DNA from: Synechococcus sp. A15-28
GTDB lineage: Bacteria; Cyanobacteriota; Cyanobacteriia; PCC-6307; Cyanobiaceae
Direction: 5' to 3'
Length of the DNA: 32,000 nucleotides
Assembly: GCF_014280175.1 (NCBI RefSeq)
Contig: NZ_CP047931.1
Coordinates: forward strand, 630,001-662,000
Shown here: in pieces, positions 28,778 to 32,000 of the stretch
Position numbering within the stretch: the stretch's first letter is position 1
How the letters are laid out: every line of letters begins with the position of its first letter
Notes under the pieces: generated by a model
Database searches by the model: none
What the model was told of the DNA's origin: nothing
The model's input: the letters and a program-made list of their open reading frames with translations, nothing else
Made by a program: the position numbers and the translations under genes

Positions 28778-29790
28778 CGAATCCTGGGATCGAGGGCAGC
28801 CACCAGCAGATCCACGGCCACACTCACCAGCACCACAAGGGCCGCGATGACCACCACGATCCCCTGGACGACGGGATAGTCCCGCTGGTTGATAGCTTCC
28901 TGCAGGCGGAGGGCGATGCCTGGCCAGGAAAAGGTCACTTCGATCAGCAGGGCTCCGCCGATCAGAGAAGCCACGGTGATGCCGGCAATGGTGAGCACCG
29001 GCAGCAGTGCATTTGGGAGCCCATGGCGCAGCACCACTTGCGTTTCGCTCAGTCCCCGGCTGCGCGCTGCTTCGACGTAGTCACCACGCAGGGTTCGCCG
29101 GAGGTTGAGGCGCAGAGCCGTTGTGAAGGTGCCGCTCAGCAGCAGCGCCAGAGTTCCGGCGGGGAGAACTAGGTGTCTGATGGTGCCCCGCAAGGCGGTC
29201 CAGTCCAGCGCGACCAGACTGTCCATCAGGTAGAAACCACTGCCCTGAGGAGGCATCAGGCTCGGGGGAAACCGGCCACCCACAGGGAGCCATCCCAAGC
29301 TGACGGCGAAGAGCAGCTGCACCAGCATGGCCACCCAGAAGGGCGGTAGGGCGTAGGTGCCGAGGCCGTAGAGACGACCGGCCAGATCGAGCTTTCCCTC
29401 CGGACGTGCGATGCCGCTGAAGCCAACGCTGAGGCCGACGACGGCCGCCACAACAAGGGCGACAACACTCAACTCAAGGCTGGCCGGGAGGGTTCGGCTG
29501 ATGATGCTGCTGACCGGTTCCTGGTTAATCAACCCCTGTCCAAGGTCGCCTTGCACCAGGCCACGCAGGTAGTCCAGGTATTGATCCAGCAGCGATTGAT
29601 CAAGGCCGAGGCGAGCGCGCATCGCTGCCTTCGCGGCCGCTGGAGCACGGCTCCCCAGCACTGCATCAACAGGGTCCCCTGGGGCAACCCTCAACAGCAG
29701 AAACACCAGGGTGGCGATCAGCGAAAGCATGACCGGTGCCAGCCCCAGCCGGGTGGCGCTGTATCGCAGCAGAGCCCGAGCGCGTGCCAT
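28771..29790 (-). CDS. ABC transporter permease, DppB-type (peptide/nickel family)
   Basis: 339 aa. MLSLIATLVFLLLRVAPGDPVDAVLGSRAP and GLPNALLPVLTIAGITVASLIGGALLIEVTFSWPGIALRLQEAINQRDYPVVQG. Confidence 0.93.
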   Translation of the reverse strand: MARARALLRYSATRLGLAPVMLSLIATLVFLLLRVAPGDPVDAVLGSRAPAAAKAAMRARLGLDQSLLDQYLDYLRGLVQGDLGQGLINQEPVSSIISRTLPASLELSVVALVVAAVVGLSVGFSGIARPEGKLDLAGRLYGLGTYALPPFWVAMLVQLLFAVSLGWLPVGGRFPPSLMPPQGSGFYLMDSLVALDWTALRGTIRHLVLPAGTLALLLSGTFTTALRLNLRRTLRGDYVEAARSRGLSETQVVLRHGLPNALLPVLTIAGITVASLIGGALLIEVTFSWPGIALRLQEAINQRDYPVVQGIVVVIAALVVLVSVAVDLLVAALDPRIRY

Positions 29791-31382
29791 CAGGGCAATG
29801 TCCTCAGCTGCGACAGGATCAGGTGTCCACTGCCATCGAAGCGTGGCCGTTCAAGGCTGGGTTGGCTCCAGGCGCGGGGTGCTTCCAGCCACACCGGAAT
29901 GTATGCGGCTCCCGCGGCGGTCATCGCCTCGAGGCGCTGCAACTCCCGGTGCCGTTCCTGCCCCCGTAGGCGATCACTGCGGGTGAGAGCCTCCTGCAAT
30001 CCTTCGGTGGTCCAGAAACTACCGCTAATGGTCGCTTCCCCCTCCAGGCAGACATCACCTCGGGGGGACGAGCAACTCAGCAGAGGTGTGAGGTAGGCCT
30101 CAGGATCCGGATAGCTGCCTCGCCAGTCGAGCATTACTGCTTTGAAGGCTCCTTCTCCGAGCTGGCGGTAGATGGTGGTGGATTCCACCCCATCGAGCTC
30201 CAGCACAAGGCAGTCCTGTAAATCGCGCTTGACCTGCGCCTGCCAGGTGAGGGCCAGCAGCTTGTCGGCGGGGACGTTGGAACGGAAGGTCAGGGGAATC
30301 CGCAGGGGGTTCCCCTGACAAAATCCCTCCTGGCGCAACAAATCCCGGGCCGCTTCGGGGGCGTGAGCAGGCCAACTGCTTTTGTGCGTTCCCGGGAGGC
30401 TGGGGGGAACCAGCGATCGCAGCGGTCGTCGCAGGCCGTAGCTGACCCGCTCGCTGATCTCCTGGCGGTTGATGCTGAGGGCCAGTGCCTGTCTCAGGCG
30501 TGGGTTGTTCAGCGGTGCCGCGTTGGAAAGCAGGGTGATGTAGCCGATCTCTGTCGCTGGACCGCTGGCTTCCAGCAGCTCCCCCTGCTGGGCCTGTTGA
30601 TGCAGAGCATCGCGCTGGTCTTCATCGATGGAGGGTGAGAGAAGCACGTCGACTTCGCCGCTGCGCAAGGCGCCGTAGAGCGCGGTGGAGTTGCTCAGCG
30701 TGATCAGATCCAGCCCAGCGTTGGTGGGAGGTTTGCCCCAGTACTCCGCAAATGGCTCGAGGCGCTGGTGGTGCTCACTGAAGTCGCTCAGCCGATAGGG
30801 ACCCGTGCCAACAAAACGGTTGTGGAGAAAACCATCGCGATGCTGGGCATAGGCCGTTGGCGACAAAGGCGTGAGGTTCACCGAGGTCAGCAGACCCTCG
30901 AGGGAGGTGGAGGGGCGACTCAGATGCAGCACGAGTCGATCGACTGCAGCCACCTCAACGGAGCTGATCCGTCCTCCCACCACGTAGCTGAGGGTGCCGA
31001 TCTCCAGAAAGCGGCGCAGGCTGAAGGCCATGGCCTCAGCGTCGAACGTTGTCCCGTCGTGAAAGCGCACATCCCTGCGCAGAGGAATGGTCACGGTCAT
31101 GCCGTCGGGGCTGACGATCGGGTCGGCCACGGCAAGTCTCGGGATCAGTTCCCCTCGCTCATCAAGGCTGTAAAGCGGATCCCCCAGGGCACTGAGCAGC
31201 TGGATGGTGTTGACGGTGCTGGCCTGGGCGGGGTCCAGGGAACTGATCTTGCCGGCAGAGGCCACCGTGATCCGACCCGTTTCCGTGGTGATGGGCTGAC
31301 ATGCCAGTTGGGCCAGGCCGAGCAGCACGGCACCGAAAGGGGCCAACCAAGACGTGGTCCGCTGTCTGTCAGCAGGCGTCAA
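29790..31382 (-). CDS. ABC transporter substrate-binding lipoprotein (family 5, peptide/nickel type)
   Basis: Probable TTG start at 31382, lipobox-like LGLAQLAC, VASAGKISSLDPAQASTVNTIQLLSALGDPLYSLDERGELIPRLA, VRFHDGTTFDAEAMAFSLRR, LALSINRQEI. Confidence 0.9.
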   Translation of the reverse strand: MTPADRQRTTSWLAPFGAVLLGLAQLACQPITTETGRITVASAGKISSLDPAQASTVNTIQLLSALGDPLYSLDERGELIPRLAVADPIVSPDGMTVTIPLRRDVRFHDGTTFDAEAMAFSLRRFLEIGTLSYVVGGRISSVEVAAVDRLVLHLSRPSTSLEGLLTSVNLTPLSPTAYAQHRDGFLHNRFVGTGPYRLSDFSEHHQRLEPFAEYWGKPPTNAGLDLITLSNSTALYGALRSGEVDVLLSPSIDEDQRDALHQQAQQGELLEASGPATEIGYITLLSNAAPLNNPRLRQALALSINRQEISERVSYGLRRPLRSLVPPSLPGTHKSSWPAHAPEAARDLLRQEGFCQGNPLRIPLTFRSNVPADKLLALTWQAQVKRDLQDCLVLELDGVESTTIYRQLGEGAFKAVMLDWRGSYPDPEAYLTPLLSCSSPRGDVCLEGEATISGSFWTTEGLQEALTRSDRLRGQERHRELQRLEAMTAAGAAYIPVWLEAPRAWSQPSLERPRFDGSGHLILSQLRTLP

Positions 31383-31662
31383 GACATTCGGGAGCCGACC
31401 TTGCGTATTTAAGCCCGACAGCTGAGATCTGCTGCAAGGACACCTCGAAGACCGGAGATCCCAATTTCGGTTCCATGGGCCAGCGGCGGACCCAGCAGCG
31501 GTCATGCTCTCCGTCGACACCGATCACCTGAAATATTCCTGCATCGCTGTGCAGGTTGACCTGATCCCCCTGCTGAATGTCCATGGCAGTTAACGGCTCC
31601 AAGAGCCTGCAGCCTTGAACAGCAGCGTCAGCGGTGGCGTTCGACATGAACAGTTCATGCAT
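31369..31662 (-). CDS. Hypothetical protein (start may be MSNATAD...)
   Basis: 97-aa ORF MHELFMSNATADAAVQGCRLLEPLTAMDIQQGDQVNLHSDAGIFQVIGVDGEHDRCWVRRWPMEPKLGSPVFEVSLQQISAV.... Confidence 0.6.
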   Translation of the reverse strand: MHELFMSNATADAAVQGCRLLEPLTAMDIQQGDQVNLHSDAGIFQVIGVDGEHDRCWVRRWPMEPKLGSPVFEVSLQQISAVGLKYARSAPECLDAC

Positions 31663-31735
31663 GGATCAGCAAAAACTGACCCGTCCTGTTGAAGATCTTG
31701 ACACTGAAAGGGGCCTGTCGGGAGTGCCCTCGCCG

Positions 31736-32000
31736 TCAAAGGCAGCCCAGATGTGCTGCCAGTCCGGAGACTTCACTCAGGGCAGTAATGGAATCTAGAG
31801 CGGCAATCACCTTGCGCTGACTGACCTCATGGGTGATGACAACGATTTCTGCGCCCGCCTCGCTGGCATTGAATTGAACGATCGACTGGATGGACACCCC
31901 GGCATCCCCGAAGCGGCCGCCCACCTTGCCGATCACCCCAGGAGCATCTTCCGTAGTGAAACGCACGTAATGGCGTTGTCGGATGTCGCCGCTGTCCGCC
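31736..32000 (-). CDS. hom: Homoserine dehydrogenase, C-terminal ACT domain (5' part beyond the window)
   Basis: Frame is open to the window edge: ADSGDIRQRHYVRFTTEDAPGVIGKVGGRFGDAGVSIQSIVQFNASEAGAEIVVITHEVSQRKVIAALDSI. Confidence 0.88.
   Translation of the reverse strand, partial: ADSGDIRQRHYVRFTTEDAPGVIGKVGGRFGDAGVSIQSIVQFNASEAGAEIVVITHEVSQRKVIAALDSITALSEVSGLAAHLGCL

Noticed and set aside
30768-31412. 214-aa plus-strand ORF
   Set aside because: Antisense to the substrate-binding protein gene, with no recognisable domain.
1-32000. CRISPR arrays, tRNA/rRNA genes, transposons, phage genes, toxin-antitoxin or defence modules
   Set aside because: No regular direct repeats, cloverleaf-like segments, integrase/transposase motifs or defence-type domains were seen by eye. 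The lone helicase has no nuclease or methylase neighbour and does not suggest a defence system. A tRNAscan, Infernal and repeat-finder run would be decisive.

Overview
This 32 kb window looks like ordinary core genome from a marine picocyanobacterium, most likely a marine Synechococcus or close relative. That assignment is inferred from gene content (PetM, Ycf39-like protein, NTRC, three-part pntAB, PolA, CysS, Dxr, YchF, IF-1) and protein character. Genes are tightly packed on both strands and often overlap. Partial ilvH (left edge) and hom (right edge), both minus strand, flank about 30 genes. I found no rRNA or tRNA, CRISPR array, transposase, integrase, phage module or recognisable defence island. 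I see no convincing new multi-gene system. The most useful leads are: (1) a DEAH-type helicase whose Walker A exon lies upstream of the first ATG, with no canonical start codon before the in-frame stop; (2) two divergent gene pairs whose only available starts make the 5' ends overlap; (3) an ArsM-like methyltransferase with unusual Cys pairs at both termini, coupled to a 71-aa protein; (4) an FAD2-like desaturase, a hairpin-containing gap, a 2Fe-2S protein and dxr in a same-strand run; (5) the 32-aa petM gene, absent from the ORF track. Product names come from reading the protein sequences from memory; no database search was run.
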